This document shows, one piece after another, positions 29,154-43,830 of a DNA stretch of 64,000 nt. Location of the stretch: assembly GCF_009914755.1 (NCBI RefSeq), contig NC_060926.1; one strand, written 5' to 3'. The notes beneath the pieces are model-generated. The model was given only the letters and a program-made list of their open reading frames with translations. It was not told the DNA's origin and made no database searches. Position numbers and translations under genes: made by a program. This stretch comes from the human T2T-CHM13v2.0 reference genome, Homo sapiens. Within the stretch, counting starts at the first letter, position 1, and each line of letters begins with the position of its first letter.

Positions 29154-29394
29154 ATCCTCACATGAGGAATCTGGGCTCTTATGATTCTTTAAGCCCCTCA
29201 CTCAGAAATCTGATGTCACATTCTCTGGGAGTGAGGATTCATAATCAGAGGTTATCTCATTAGTTCATGCTCCTTCCAGGAATAGAGGAAAACCTTTGGC
29301 AAAACTACTAAGAGGAGGTAGGGAAGCACTCCTCACAGCCAGAAGATTGCCTGAAATACAACTTCCAGCTAGCTTAGAGTTAAAACAAACTTGT

Positions 29395-29712
<318 letters not shown>

Positions 29713-29969
29713 TAGAAACCTGTACTTTTTAAAGTCATTATTTTCTCAATTAGTGGAGAAGATTTTTACTAAATCTAGCTATTCTTATTTTGCAGTGGTT
29801 TTTGGATACTAATGATATTTTAAGGAGTAAAGTATCATGATTTTCCTAAGGAAGCAAGTTGGAAACGTATCGGTTGGGTTATCTATGTTAAGTATATTAA
29901 TTTTCTATATGCTGTTAACCAGAATATTTTTATGTCTCTACTCAATAGTAACCAGTTATTGGATTTAGG

Positions 29970-32390
29970 GAGGGTGGTGATGGTTGCAGCAGCACATAGT
30001 TTTCAAATTTGCCCAAATCCCAACATCAAGATGGGCAGATTAACAGGATAGCAAAACCAAAAACCCATAGACAACATTTGCAACAAAGCTGGGTGACAAG
30101 ATATTTCTGTGAACTCCAAAATGCAAGATTATAACGACAAACCACTGCCAGCCATAGGCCCATGGATATTTGAGTCTCTGTGCTGAGGAAAGTCACTGGG
30201 CATCTGATGACCCTGAGAATCCCAAAATGTTCTAGAAGTTTTCACTGAACTGCACAAAAGTCAGCTTGAGAATAGCAGTTTAATCTGGGGATGGTTTTGC
30301 CTGGTATAATGGTGAGTGGAGCAAGAGATCCAAGCCAGATATATCTTCAAAGCAGAAGGGGCAGCAGCGGTTTAGGCCCTGTAGCTCTTGAAACTGACAT
30401 GCCGGGACCCCACACCAGGGGAAAATTATTGAAGGAGAGTCAAATCCAACTGGATATTGACAACAGAGATGAAGGAGAGAGAATGTCCATATAAAAGTGG
30501 GGTAAAGGAACAACTACATGAAATCTTGGAAAGCAAACCACCTTATATTTTGGATCACTTCAAGAAAACAACAAAAAAGAAGCTGCATGTAGTTAGAAAA
30601 GAAATCCTGAACCCTAACTATTCCTAAAAACTCAGAAAGACCACTTTCAAATAAAGAAATATTGTTTGCATAAGCTTTTCCTAAGGAATCTACCAGGCAA
30701 GGAGCTTCAGATAAGTTAAATGACTAACGAAGGTGTAGAAATAAGTGATAAGGTGATCATTAAACTTACTTGTAAAACTAAGGCTTTGCTTACTTGTAAA
30801 ACTAAGGCTTAGTGACAGTAAAAGGAGAAATCAGACATCCAAGTACTTAGATAATGTAGATATAGTATTATTTATCTACATTATAAAAATGTAAATGGCG
30901 GATAGAACTGGAGATTTACTATGCAAAAATATTTTATGAATGTTTTTAGTAATTATGTTGGAAATAGGATAAGTAGTATTGCTATTCTGCATCTATTACT
31001 TGTGTAATGTGGTATAAAATAAATAATTTCAGGTTACTGTAATTCTATCATCCCGAGTCCTTCGAAACTAGAATTTTTGCTGTGGAAAATAAAGAAGAGC
31101 TTCAATAATGACCATAGTAATTCCTGGAGTCCTGATATGAATTGGGTAGAAATACATGAGGTATTTTATTTTTACAGATGTAGTTCCTAATGCTGTCTAT
31201 TGAAGAAGTCTAGAGACAAAGACCACTGCACTAGCAATGAACATCTCTTGCACTTGAACTGTGGCCTTTTCCATAAAAAGATCCTAGGTCTTCTTAAAAA
31301 AAAAAAGATTGATTCTAGGTTTAGAGCAAGGTCAACATAAATGAGTCTAAGTAATCTTATCATATCAGTTATTGAAGAAGCTAGCAAGAACTGGTCAAAT
31401 CGTATGAAAAAGCACTCAGGAACCAAAGTAAAAATGCTTCCTCTGCCAAAAGCGGGACTATTTGAGCTTCAATGAGAATAATAATTGCACTGATTGAAAC
31501 CTTCCAAATATGTTTAAATTTATGAACTCATAATTATACTTTAAAACTCTAACTGGTCTTTGGATGATGACAGGAAATCATTTTATCTTGAAAACTGGTA
31601 AATAAATGGAAAGAAATCAAATATTTTCTATTAGTTATTTTCATTTATTTAATATTTCTGTATAAACTGATGGAGGGGGTCTCTTTATAAAACTATTTCC
31701 ATTAATAAATAAAAAATAAATACTAGAAGTTTGTAACCACCAATAAATGTATAGGTCTAGGTATTGAGCACCAATGAATGTTAACATCACAAAAGAGAGG
31801 TAATGTAATATTATATCCCTCCTGAGAAAAGAATACACCACCACCCATAATTTTGCCAGAGGGGTGGAACTGAGTTTGATCCAGTCTGAATCCATCTGCC
31901 ACCTTGCAGGAAACACAGAGTACAGAGAATCATGTTGCATTGTACCAAAAGTGTGCAATCAGCAAAATGCACACTGGGAACTCTACAGGTCAAAAGCCCT
32001 GAGTACTTGTGCCAATCAACTATAAGAAAAATAAGGGATCGAGGGTCAACCTGTAGATTGAAATAATTTTAAACACATTGTAAATTGATAAAGAATGGGC
32101 AAGGCTAAATAAACTATGGTGTCTAAGTATACAAAATGGGATGAGAACTCCAAAAAGAAATTCTAATTGATAATATTAAAGTCAGGGTAATTGTTATTTT
32201 GTGGGCAGGAAAGAGAAGGGAAGGAAGGGATTGAGACTGGCAGAGGGCATGGAAAGGGCTTCTGGGGCAAGTGATAGCCCATGCTTCTCAACCTAGGTAG
32301 AGATAGAAGAATGTCTGTCTTATAACAATTCATAATGCTAAACATTTGTTTTGCATGATTTTCTGTGTCAGTGCTTTATTTATTAATATT
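29970..32390 (+). mobile_element. L1MC4/5-like (possibly HAL1-like) relic
   Basis: Long L1MC-type 3' UTR motifs (gggactatttgagcttcaat; tgcaatcagcaaaatgcacactgggaactctacagg) preceded by an L1 5'-like segment. Confidence 0.6.
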
Positions 32391-33269
32391 CCAAAATAAT
32401 AATAATAATAACAATCAGATTATTGCTAAAGTGACTTAAGGAGTGGACAACTAGCTTCTGTTTACCTCGGTTGCCTCATCTTAATTCCTCCTATAGTTTT
32501 AATTCCTTATTTCTGCCTTTCTATCTAAAAGAAAAAAAAACTGCATGTTATTTGCCTCAATTTCTGAAAACAATAAGAATATTTAATTTCCCAAATTGGA
32601 CTTCCAATAGTTTGAGTGTGAGATTTTGCTATTCCTAAAATTAATGCTGCCCCACTACTCTCATAGTTTCAGAGCGCATACAAATTGGATTCAACATTCA
32701 CATAGTTGATACAGGAAGACTAAATTTCATAGACTCTAGTTCATCTTTTCTCTAATTACTTCTCCTCAACCTTGAGTCTGCTATTCTCCTGTTTTTAACT
32801 TCAAATCCATAAAACATTTAATTTTTGCAAGAAGATAAGATTTTATACATATGAATGAAATACTACCGATATCAATGAGAAAGTGTTTTATCCTGTTAAA
32901 TTAATGCCTCTGTCTAGAAATGTTATGTACCCTAGCATATATGATTGTGTATTGAAATCCATGACAACTTATAAGCACTAAATTTCCCTTTTAATCATTC
33001 CTCTGCCTGTGACTCTTTTCTCTGGGTCAGTGAATGTATATTTTTTTTGTTTTGTAGGATAACTTTAATCGCCGTCTTTATTTTTTTTTTTTTAACTTCC
33101 ATTGCATGAGTTTTTTTCAGGCTTATTAATATGCCATTTAAAAAAAAGGTTTGTATTTCACATAAAATTTCCATTCCTTTTATAATAGCTACAAATTAGA
33201 GACCTCTAAGAATCAACTGTGTTTGAGCAAAACTCAAAGAATTGGATATTAGAAAGAGCACCGCTTCAC

Positions 33270-33480
33270 ATCAAACAGACCTGTAATTCATTTCTAGGTT
33301 CTACATTTACTTAGAGGAAAAATTACTTTATCTCTTCAGTTCTCCTCAATGAGCCTCAATTTCTTCATCTGTAAAATGGAGACCATAAGATAAACATCAT
33401 GGGACTACCATGGAGATAAATGAGAAAATGCACTTAAAATATTTAGTGCATTTAAAATACCCCCTATGTTATAATTACTC
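33270..33480 (+). mobile_element. MIR
   Basis: gagcctcaatttcttcatctgtaaaatggag core. Confidence 0.75.
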
Positions 33481-33595
33481 TCATTTACCTGTTATTATTT
33501 TCTCAAGTTTATGTTTTGTGGCAGAGTAGATTTAATTCTGAAATAGTTACTATGTGGGAAAATATTTTCTTTGGTCAGGCATATTTGCAGTTTTA

Positions 33596-34040
33596 TTAAA
33601 TTGACAAATAAAAATTATATATCTTTATCATGTATATGTTATTTGAAATATGTATACATATTATAAATGGCTAAATTGAGACAATTAACATATGCATTAC
33701 CTCACATGCTTATCATTTTTTGTGGTGAAAAACTTAAAATCTATTCTGTTAGCAGTTTTCAAGGATACAATACATTGTTATGAACTCCAGTCACCATGTT
33801 GTACAGTAGATCTCTTGAACTTATTCCTCTTATGTAACTGAAATTCTGTATCCTTTGAACAACATTTCCCCAATTATTCCAACTGCAATCCCTGGTAACC
33901 ACCACATATAAGTGAGATCACATGGTATTTGTCTTTCTGTGCTTGTCTTATTTCACCGAATGTCCTCCAGGTTCATCTATGTTAGCACAGGTGACAGGAT
34001 TTCCTTTTTTAATGGCTGAATAGTATTTCATTATGTGTAC
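33596..34040 (-). mobile_element. L1MA 3' fragment with TSD
   Basis: Reverse L1MA 3' UTR (attaacatatgcattacctcacat; agatctcttgaacttattcctc); flanked by ttgcagtttta on both sides. Confidence 0.88.
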
Positions 34041-34168
34041 TTGCAGTTTTAAACTTCATTACATCCTCATTCCCCAATAAATTTATTTTAATCCAAAAGA
34101 TACAGTAGAAATGTACTGGATAAGTGTACAGTACTCTATAGCCTACACTACTTAGTAATGTGTTCTTT

Positions 34169-34213
34169 TTTGTTGTTATGCTTTAAGTTCTGGGTTGCAT
34201 GTGCAGAATGTGC
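34169..34213 (-). mobile_element. Ultra-short L1PA 3' tip with 15-bp TSD
   Basis: ttatgctttaagttctgggttgcatgtgcagaatgtgc matches the reverse L1PA end; TSD agtaatg(t/g)gttcttt at 34154-34168 and 34214-34228. Confidence 0.8.
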
Positions 34214-36373
34214 AGTAATGGGTTCTTTACTTCATATTGAGCTTCTTGTCAAATATTTATATTTTTACAAATTTGTTACCTTTGTGATAAGCTTGAAAGT
34301 TGATAGCATGTCTTTTATTTGCTTTTAACTTAGTAAATGCTAACTGACAAATGGATCATCAATAATCACCTCTAATAACTTAAAGGACAGCTTTTCCTGT
34401 TCCTGGTGAACACAGTTTCTTTCTCATAATGTTCTAAAGAAAATGGGAGGCCACCCTTTGAACATCATGGAAAGAACCATTAAGTTCTACATCTTTAAGA
34501 TAATGCCCTCCCTCTCCCTCCACTCTTTGTTTTCTGAAATAAATAAGTGATGGGGAAATAAAGGAAAGCAAATAGCACCTAGGAAACGTGACCTAGGAAA
34601 TGAAGAAAAGAGAAAAATTACTTTTTTTTTCATTAAAAACAGCTACGATACCTTCTGACTATGACCAGAATTTCAAGTTGGCATCGACCTCTGTAGCACG
34701 ATTCCAGAAGCAATGGAAAGAAACACAAACTTGACAAATCTTCGTGTATTTCCTTTCCTTTTCAGGAAAACTTTGAGTGCTCCTCATTAATAAATAAAGG
34801 CATTCAGGACATAAGAAATGTGTCAAAAGTTGAGGCTACTAGGCATGAGGGGGCACATAACCCCCCAGAGCCCCAGACAAAGGGAGGAGACGAGAAGAGA
34901 CATTCTGAGTACCACTGTAGGAAAAGACCAAAAGCAAGCACTTTTCATCCATTTATGATTTTGCTGTGGAACCACGAGATGCTATTCTGAATCCCTGTTC
35001 ATGCTGCAAGCTGACTGACCTCGTGACTGGAAAGTCAGAGAGATCCGCTTGGGCCAGCTTCTCTGCTTTCCTTTCAGTGGGAAAGTTTCCACCCTGTAAA
35101 GATCATGATTTGAAATGTATCTTTTTGGTACGTATGGGAAAGGAAAGGGGGCTGACTTAAATATGATGAGACTGCCATTCGTTGCTCTACTAGACAACCA
35201 ATCAAGAATTCTACATGAAAAAAAATGTAAATGTTTGCAAGGATTCTCTTCTTTTAAAAAAATCCATTACTTCATGACTGTCAGCATATTTGAAAAATAA
35301 AGATCATTTCCAACTTCTTTGAAGCTAACAGAATCTGTTTCTTAGTGATTGTGTCAGAGGTTTAAAAACTGTTGCTCTCAGTTTTTTCCTTAACATTTAA
35401 GAATCTGTTTCTTTTTTGAGTCTGTCAAAAGCTTTAAACAAATTGGAAGATTGTTGCTCATTCATTTAGATTTCTTTTCCCCTGGATGAACATGATACAA
35501 CAAATCTGTTTTGGTGTCTTTAAAAATCAGAGTTTTGGCTTATTAAAATAGTTAAATATTGGTTGCTCTCTTTAAGGCTTTGGGATTGTTCTTTAGAGAT
35601 GGAATTATTCTTGTGTTTGCCCTATATGCCAGGGCACTGGTTTCATAACTAACGAAACAGACAGTTTTTCACATAATCAGATGCTGTTTATAAGGAAGGA
35701 CAATCACATTGCATCCCTGGCCCCTTCAGAACTATTATAGTACAGTCAATGAATTGTTACTAAGGACACTGTCAAATATAATGATTCCAAAGAAGTCACT
35801 GGGAACAAGAAAAATAAAGCTATTTTCAATATTGTCAGATATAAATAATTAAGATACTCTCATTTCTGTGGTTATTTTTCATTTATAGTTTATCCAGTGT
35901 GAAATATTTTTACTGTGAAACATGCATAATAAAAAGTTTGCTAATCATGCATCATTGACGAGTTACCTGAAGAATTATCATATTTAGCAAATATATGTAT
36001 ATATGTATAAATATATATAAAATCATAATCTATTTTCTATCTTAGAAGCCCTCATTACACACTTACAGACACTGTCAAAAATTTATCTCAGTTCAAATCC
36101 ATTTATATAGTATTTCTCTCCTTTGAAAATAATTTTACTTACTATTTTCAGTTCCAAGTGTACAAAAATAATGAAGTTGACAGAAGGGAACAGATATGAC
36201 AGAAATGGCTATTTGGGGAGCAGTGGGGCATATAACACATTGTATTCAAAATTGTAATCTCTTAACACCTTAAAATACTTCTAAAAGTCAGTCACTAGAC
36301 AGTTTAAAATGAGGCTTAAGGGTTAGAGTTTAACTTTATAAACATTTAAGAGCAAATTACAAATTCTATGTTG

Positions 36374-36766
<393 letters not shown>

Positions 36767-37379
36767 TCAAAATATTCGGTCCTTTTAAAGTAAAGCAAGA
36801 ACAATGAGAAATAATAATCAGCAAGAATGATAAAAAATGTTCAGTATAGTATTATCATTGTTACTGATAGTGATAAGAACAATATTCTCTTTAGAAATCA
36901 GACAAAGCTAGATCTCTATTTGGTAGCTCCCTCCTTTCTGTTACAGTATTGAAAATCTGAGGCTATTACACCATATTATGCACAGATAAACCACAGTAGT
37001 AAAATAAGTTGTATGATATCAATATGTTCTGTCAAATAAAAGATATATCATAAGGTAGAGACTACTGGTTCTCACCTTCAATATAATGCGTTATCACTTT
37101 AATACAGTCAATGGAATTACTGTGTCTCAAATGTTATTACTCATCATTTACTTAAATTGCTTAAAAATTATCTAAAAATAATTGCAACAATTATCCCATG
37201 ATATATTGTCTGTCAAATAGTGCACTGTAGACGTGATAGGAAAGAATTTAAGACATGTGTTCCAATATTTTAAGAAAAAGAAGTCAAATTCACAGTTAAA
37301 TTATTATTCATACATTTAAAGCAGTGCGTCTCTAATTCTCCTTTCTCTCTTAGCACTCTGGTCCTTAATAAAAGCTGAT

Positions 37380-37650
37380 CTTTGTTCTTGGGGATCCTTC
37401 TCCTAACTCTTGATTTTATCAAGTGAGTTTCTATTTGTCCTCTCAACTCTCACTTGAAGTTTACCTCTTCCAGGTAAACTTTCTTCATCCTCTCTGGTCA
37501 TAGGAATTATAAATCTCTGAATATTTTCTTTCTTCCTAATTAGGCTGAATGTTTCCTTAGGAACAGTGTTTGATTTATCTTTGGAAATATAGGGCTCCCC
37601 AAGTGCACTAGATCTTGGTAAGAACACAATAAATGCTTGTGTAAAGAGTG
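37380..37650 (+). mobile_element. LINE-2 3' fragment
   Basis: L2-like end ...ggtaagaacacaataaatgcttg. Confidence 0.5.
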
Positions 37651-37849
37651 TAAAGAGCCTGCAGTAGTTCAGGAAGGCCGCAAAGACCTGGATTATCACC
37701 AGGGTTGAATAAACGATTTATTTTTAATGCTGAATGTGATACACATTTAAAAGAATGAGTAGTTTTAATATTTAAATAAGTATAGTATTTTGAGATAAAT
37801 CATAATAGTTAATAATAGATATGCCACACAATAGGCAATACCTAATTAG

Positions 37850-38000
37850 ATGCCCCAAAAAACCCATGAAGGGCCTACCATTATTATCTCTACTTTGTAT
37901 TTGAGACACCTAAATTACAGTGAGCTTAAGCAATATATCTAAGGTCAAATACTTAATGACCCATAAAAACTAGACCCCGGGTTCAAATTCAACTCTAGGT
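37850..38000 (-). mobile_element. MIR fragment
   Basis: ccattattatctctactttgtatttgagacacc...aaggtcaaatacttaat. Confidence 0.5.
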
Positions 38001-41000
38001 TTAATGGTATAACAGGGTATAATAACACTCATGTCTCAACTCTTAACTTTTAATTTTATTTCCTCAAAGGGATAGAGTCCATGACTTCAAGGATTTAAGA
38101 ATGTATACTTTAGATAATAAAACCAGCAGAAATAAAAAATGTTAGAACAAGAAATGGTTTGATGAATGTATGAAATGTCTATTATTTCATAAATGTTTGC
38201 ATTACAGTAAGAAACCAATTTCAAATGACACATGTGCTTAAACACGGAGAATGTTAAACATTGTATAAGATGTCTACTTGATAGCTAATCTCTTTAAAGG
38301 GGGAAGGAATTTTAAAACTGATTAAAAAATACAGAAGCATAAAACTTAAAATTTAACTACTTCACAATTCAACTGAGAACTAACATTGACTTTTTCTAGA
38401 CGGGCATCCCCTATACCATAGTCATCACAGTACTAGGAGAATAACAGAAGCCATCTGAAATACTGACAATACAGCTAGATCTTCTAGCACTTCTGAGACA
38501 CAATATATGATCTCAACAAAATGGCAGAAACAGAAGATGCTTTGATCAAGCAATCCACCTGCCAACTGTTCAAAAATTATATTTGAGTTTCTTGGAAAAG
38601 AGCAGACAGAAGAACAATATAAAACTTTTTTTTACTAACATAAAAAATAAAGGTACAAGAGGTTTGTTTATAGTAATACTGTGATTTCTGCTACACATTT
38701 TAAAGGGTTACAGTGAAAACTATAATATTAGCAAATAACTATATGTGAACTTTTCATATGAGATTGGGTAATATTTCCCAGAGTAGAAATATGTTTTAGA
38801 TATTCTGTTATGCCTCCCCAGCCACTGAAATTATATTTGACCTTGAGTAAATCACATAATATTTCCTATGTTTTAGTTCCCCCAGAGAAATGTACCTGTT
38901 CCAGAGTGGGCCAATGTTGATAGATTAAAAAATTAAAAGGTGCAAAATAATGGCAAATCATTATTCTTACTTTAATATGTTCAACAACAACAACAACAAA
39001 GTCAATTAGAGAAGCAATTCAATTATTGAAATCTTAGGAAAAGACATTATGAACATTATTTTTTCTTCCCATGAGTTTAAACTGACTTGAAACACAACAT
39101 TTGATTGTATAGAAATTACAGCATCTGTTTTATGAGTTTTATGCTTTGGTTCAAGGTGAAACTAAGTGCTAAAATTCAGAAACTTTTGTCTTTTTGAAGA
39201 GCTATTATTTTTAAATATGTGGTTCAAAAATCCACAGCTTTATCCAGCTAGAATTTCTCTTTCCAGCTTCAGAAGATACAATACAAAAAGAACCCTACTG
39301 GGCAATGGGAAAGCCAATTTCTTTCCATCTCCTTTTCCAGGTTCCCTGCTGCTTTGAGCCTGATTGTTAGCCATCTGTCTCCAAAACCATGACCTCCACT
39401 TGGCATATCTAGTGATTGAAGGCAAAATGGCTATATGGTCAGGCAGTGTATGCAAAGACATCAGAAACCTACATGAATGTTTTTTCCCTGCCTTCTTAAT
39501 CGGAAGTAGTTTGAGATAAGGAAGAAGAAATTCAGGGGAATTTCAAGAGTCTCATATTTTTGAAAATCTGTGCTTTGATAAAATTAAGATGGGTAAAACT
39601 TAAAAGAAATGAATTAAGTTTTTTAGCACTTTTAGTGATCGTTGTCATTATGAATTGGGCACATTTTTGTAAATCATAATTCATGTCTATTATCTTACAT
39701 TTTTTACAAACTTCAGCTATGTGGAAATCATTGTCATACTATAAAAGAAAAACGGATGCAATATATTTCATAACAACTTGGAAACTTACATCAAATTAAT
39801 CTGATAGTTAAAAATGATATATAATGTATAGAATTTACCTGTAGACCACATTGCATATTCTGTCATGGGGTTTTATTGGAACCATAAGAACATTCTTTAG
39901 TTTTATTTCTTAATCTAGAAACTAGAGATACTATCTGTTCACGTGAAAGCAGGTATGGAATGGTATATTTTAAAGTATTTAAAAAGTAGCAACCTTGTGC
40001 AACTGTAAGGTGTAATGGCAATTTTATTATTGCTAGGGTCCTACTCAGATAAAATTTCTAAATCCTGAGTTTATGAAAAGACTATAACATTATATAACAT
40101 TTGTCTTTTCAAGGCACTGAAATTGTGAGGTAGATTCAAGTCATTTGCCTTATTTCTCATTTGTTAGTTATGTCTACATATAGGTATTTTGTGTCTCCTC
40201 TGATGTAAATTCATTACAGTATAAATTATGCAAATGTGTTAAGCTGGTCTTCATGGATTTGTCCAATAATGATACTTATTATTATCTTTGAGCTGATAAA
40301 ATGGACTATTCTATGTTATGAATGACTGGCAAGACCCAACTCAAGCAGTGTCAGATTTCATGTAGTTTCAGATAGCCTTTACCCATCTAAATCCTTGCTG
40401 AGAGGATCCAGCAGAAAGTTGGTACTTGGTAATGAAGTCAGCAAAATATTTTTCTCATCAATGAGTTTTGGGAACCAATTTGGAAAAGACCAAAAAAATG
40501 ACTTAAAAATTAAGTGAAAACACCCTAAATCAACTGTCAGCTCATGCTCCCAGCCGGAGTATTCATGATTCAATAAAATTAGAATATCAGAAAGAAAACA
40601 CATTCTACACAAATGTACTTGATTTAAAAGTCAGACTTCACATTTCAAAGTTCCTGATGTTTCAGATGAGCTTCTGCTGTGCATGCCCACAGAGGTACAC
40701 TTTCAAGTCACAGCAGAGTGCTCTGCTAAATGTACAATCTTTTGTGCTCCATTACACAAAGACAGGAGGACTAAGGGAGCTGTGCTGGAGACCGTGGTGC
40801 TTCGTTGCAGTTTGGATGTCTTAGCCAACCTAGTAAACCTTGGAGACTTACTTAAAGTTCCCCCTTTTAACCTACAGAAACCTTAAGAAACTGATAATTT
40901 TTCCAATAGTAAAAAACTGGAGAAAATCTATAATCTCCATAAAAATGACTTTAGTAAGTCAATGATCATGCTTATGATATGAATGATGGTGGTGTTGTTA

Positions 41001-41014
41001 TTGATAATGATGAT

Positions 41015-41230
41015 TTGAACAGTTTCCATATACTTCCCACTATGTACTTTATGTGCTTTATTACAATCTCATAACAACTCTATAAGAGGGACCTTATTTT
41101 CCCTATTTTACAGATGAGAAGACTGATGGTCACAGTCATTAGGTAACCCCACAAGGTCATAGTTAGCAAATGGCAGAGCCCAGTCAGGAGCTCAGATAAG
41201 AGTAAAACAATGTTTTTACTCTTAATACCC
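41015..41230 (-). mobile_element. MIR
   Basis: ccctattttacagatgagaagactga...aaggtcatagttagcaaatggcagagcc. Confidence 0.8.
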
Positions 41231-42439
41231 TACCATTTGACATAATCAAAGATGTTCAAACTCCACCAAAAAATACTAACTGGTGCTTCTGTAACATGTT
41301 TTTTATTTCAGAAGCTTACAGAGCTCTTGATAAATTGTTTGCCTCTAATTGCCTTCACCCACAGGGCAGTCATGGCACCACCTCTGAAATGCAGCTGCCT
41401 GTAGGAGGGAAGAGGCTTGGCATAATGCTTGTCCACATAGAAAATAATAATGTTAAAATTGCCTCTCATACTTAAAAAGGCAATAACTACAGTTAGAGGT
41501 TGGTCTGGTCATTTAAACCAATACTTTATTTATTACAACGTGTGTAACTGAGAACTTTAATGAGTACAATTGGAGCGGGGAGCTTTCTATTTCTGAAAGC
41601 CAAGGGCTATCTCCGGTTTCATGGTGTTCTTTAACAGCACACTAGAATATGCATTCACTCAAGCCCAAGAACACAACTTATTAACACATCTTGTGACAGT
41701 CCATTTTTTTGCCTCAAGAGATTTTACATTCAAAGAACATCATTTATTCTCTGTGGATTTGGAAAGTAAAGAAAGACAACACAAATTGGTGTAACTATAA
41801 AGCATCTAATTGATTCCATTTTTGTTTAGTTTTTTAAAAAAATCTTAGCTATAAATTTGAGGTTAATTCAGGAATATCTGACACTTCTTTAGATTTGAAA
41901 GAGCAAACAGAATTCATAAATTTTAATAAAAGGTAAAAAGAACTAGGATCATTAACCTTTAAGATAGAAAGCATTGATATCAGTTGGTAATGGCCAAATT
42001 GACTAATAGATATCATTCTATTTACAACTGGAGGATACGAACTAGATAGTTTCTGTCATAAACTATGTAGCTAGCACTCAGCTGTATCTGAAAAAAATTA
42101 ACTAAAATAATTTTAAATATGCTTTGAAAGAAATGCTTCATTTTTAATGTCATCATTTGTATAATTTAATTATGTTAAAGAAATATTGATCAAGCACATC
42201 TATTGTATCAAAAGAACAAAGGTGGTGTCTGTGAGTGAATAAATACTACTGTAAGGAAGATTAATACTACTGTAAGGAAGATGAAATTCAAATAAGGATG
42301 TAGGAAATGTATATAAATAGCTCTGATATAAAGAAGTATTAATATCCTCAAAAAATGCAAGGTAGGGAAGGATACAGTAGAAGTGAAAAAGAGACATCAC
42401 TGGACACATCTGACATCACCTACTACTACGTTTACCCCA

Positions 42440-42860
42440 TTTGATCAGTTCTGGCCAGACTGACCTCCTGGTGGTTTCTAGAATAAGCAGATACTCTTCA
42501 GTCCCAGTGCCTCTGCACTTGCTTTCTTTTCTTCCCAGATATCCATGAAGTCTGCTTCCTCATTTTCATCTAAACTTTATTCAAATATTTCCTTCTCAGT
42601 GATTCCTCCCTCTCTGATCTTCTTAAAATTATAACCTCCCCATCTACTTCCCATTTCTCTTGCCTACCCTATTTTTCTTGGTGGCTCTCTTAATTTCCAC
42701 AGTAAAATATGTTCTTATTTATTTAATAAATTTATCTCCCTTCTACAATGTAATACCCATAGTGACAAAGAATTTTATTTTGTTTACTGTGAATTTTCCA
42801 GGCCATGGAATAGTTCTTAGCATATAGTAGGCCCTCAACAATATATTGTCAAATAAACAT
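42440..42860 (+). mobile_element. LINE-2 (L2a-like) 3' end
   Basis: gcctctgcacttgc...ttcccagatatccatg; terminal catatagtaggccctcaacaatatattg. Confidence 0.75.
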
Positions 42861-43699
42861 ACAAAATATTGACAAGGTCAGGATGGGAGTCCTTAAGACA
42901 AAGGAATGAAAGACTTGAGACAGCAGCTAGATTATTGTTAGGGCCCAGAGAAAGTCTTGGTTTAGTAAAGCTAAGGTGGGTTTATTTGTAGGCCAGGGAA
43001 TATGAGGTAGGGACTAGAGAAAGAAAAAAGAATTTTTAAAAATGAAAGCATTGAAGATCAAAGTCCCGAAAGTATTGAGGGACACAGGCCTAGAGGTATA
43101 AGTAGAGCAATTAGTTTCCTCTCTAGGGGAACACCTCATCTTTTAATACAGGATCAAAGGAGGGAGAGAGATAGGTGAGAATTTTTTACTGTGAGAAGAG
43201 TGAAGCTCAGGAAGCTCATCTTCTCTAAGGCCATTTTCTAAGTGAAAGGATTTAGGGGTGAAACGAGGGCTTCTGGGAGGATTAAAGATTGGAATCATTG
43301 TTCAATAGAGTGCCAAAGAGAACCACTAGAGATAAGTAGAATGGTTACAAGTAGTGAGAATTTGATGACAAATATATAATGTGCATCTGTAAAGGAATCA
43401 ACATTACATACACACCCTGTCATCCTGGAGAAAGACTAGAGAAAGAACACTGTAGATGTCATAGAGACGGGGAAAATCAGAGTTGCAGAATACCAGATGA
43501 CACAGCTATGATGTAGAAAAATTGAATATATCTTTGGAATCACCTAATACTGGTACCAACACATAGTAGAGAAGTACAAGGTAGGCACTCAATAGATGAT
43601 TGCTCTTATCTTGTTAGTGCTACTATTTAAGGAATTATACAAATGAAAGAATCAAGGTTAGACTTTATGATGGAGAGAAGTGGGGCAGTAGCATGCTGA

Positions 43700-43830
43700 A
43701 GCTCATCATTAAAAAGTTGTTGTAACCCTACTATGCCCTAAGTTTCCAAATATGCTTTAATTTTATCATCTGCAAAATAGAGACGGTATTAGTACCTATC
43801 TCCTAGGTTTATCGTGATAATTAAATAAAG
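43700..43830 (+). mobile_element. MIR fragment
   Basis: tcatctgcaaaatagagacggtattagtacctatctcctaggtttatcgtgataattaaataa. Confidence 0.65.

Noticed and set aside
30765-30810. Short tandem duplications of 20-24 bp here and at 7912-7959, 42242-42282 and about 49618-49655, considered as a CRISPR-like array
   Set aside because: Only two adjacent copies each, with no spacers; ordinary slippage duplications in eukaryotic DNA.
40228-40235. Isolated octamer ATGCAAAT
   Set aside because: A single 8-mer is expected several times by chance in AT-rich 64 kb.
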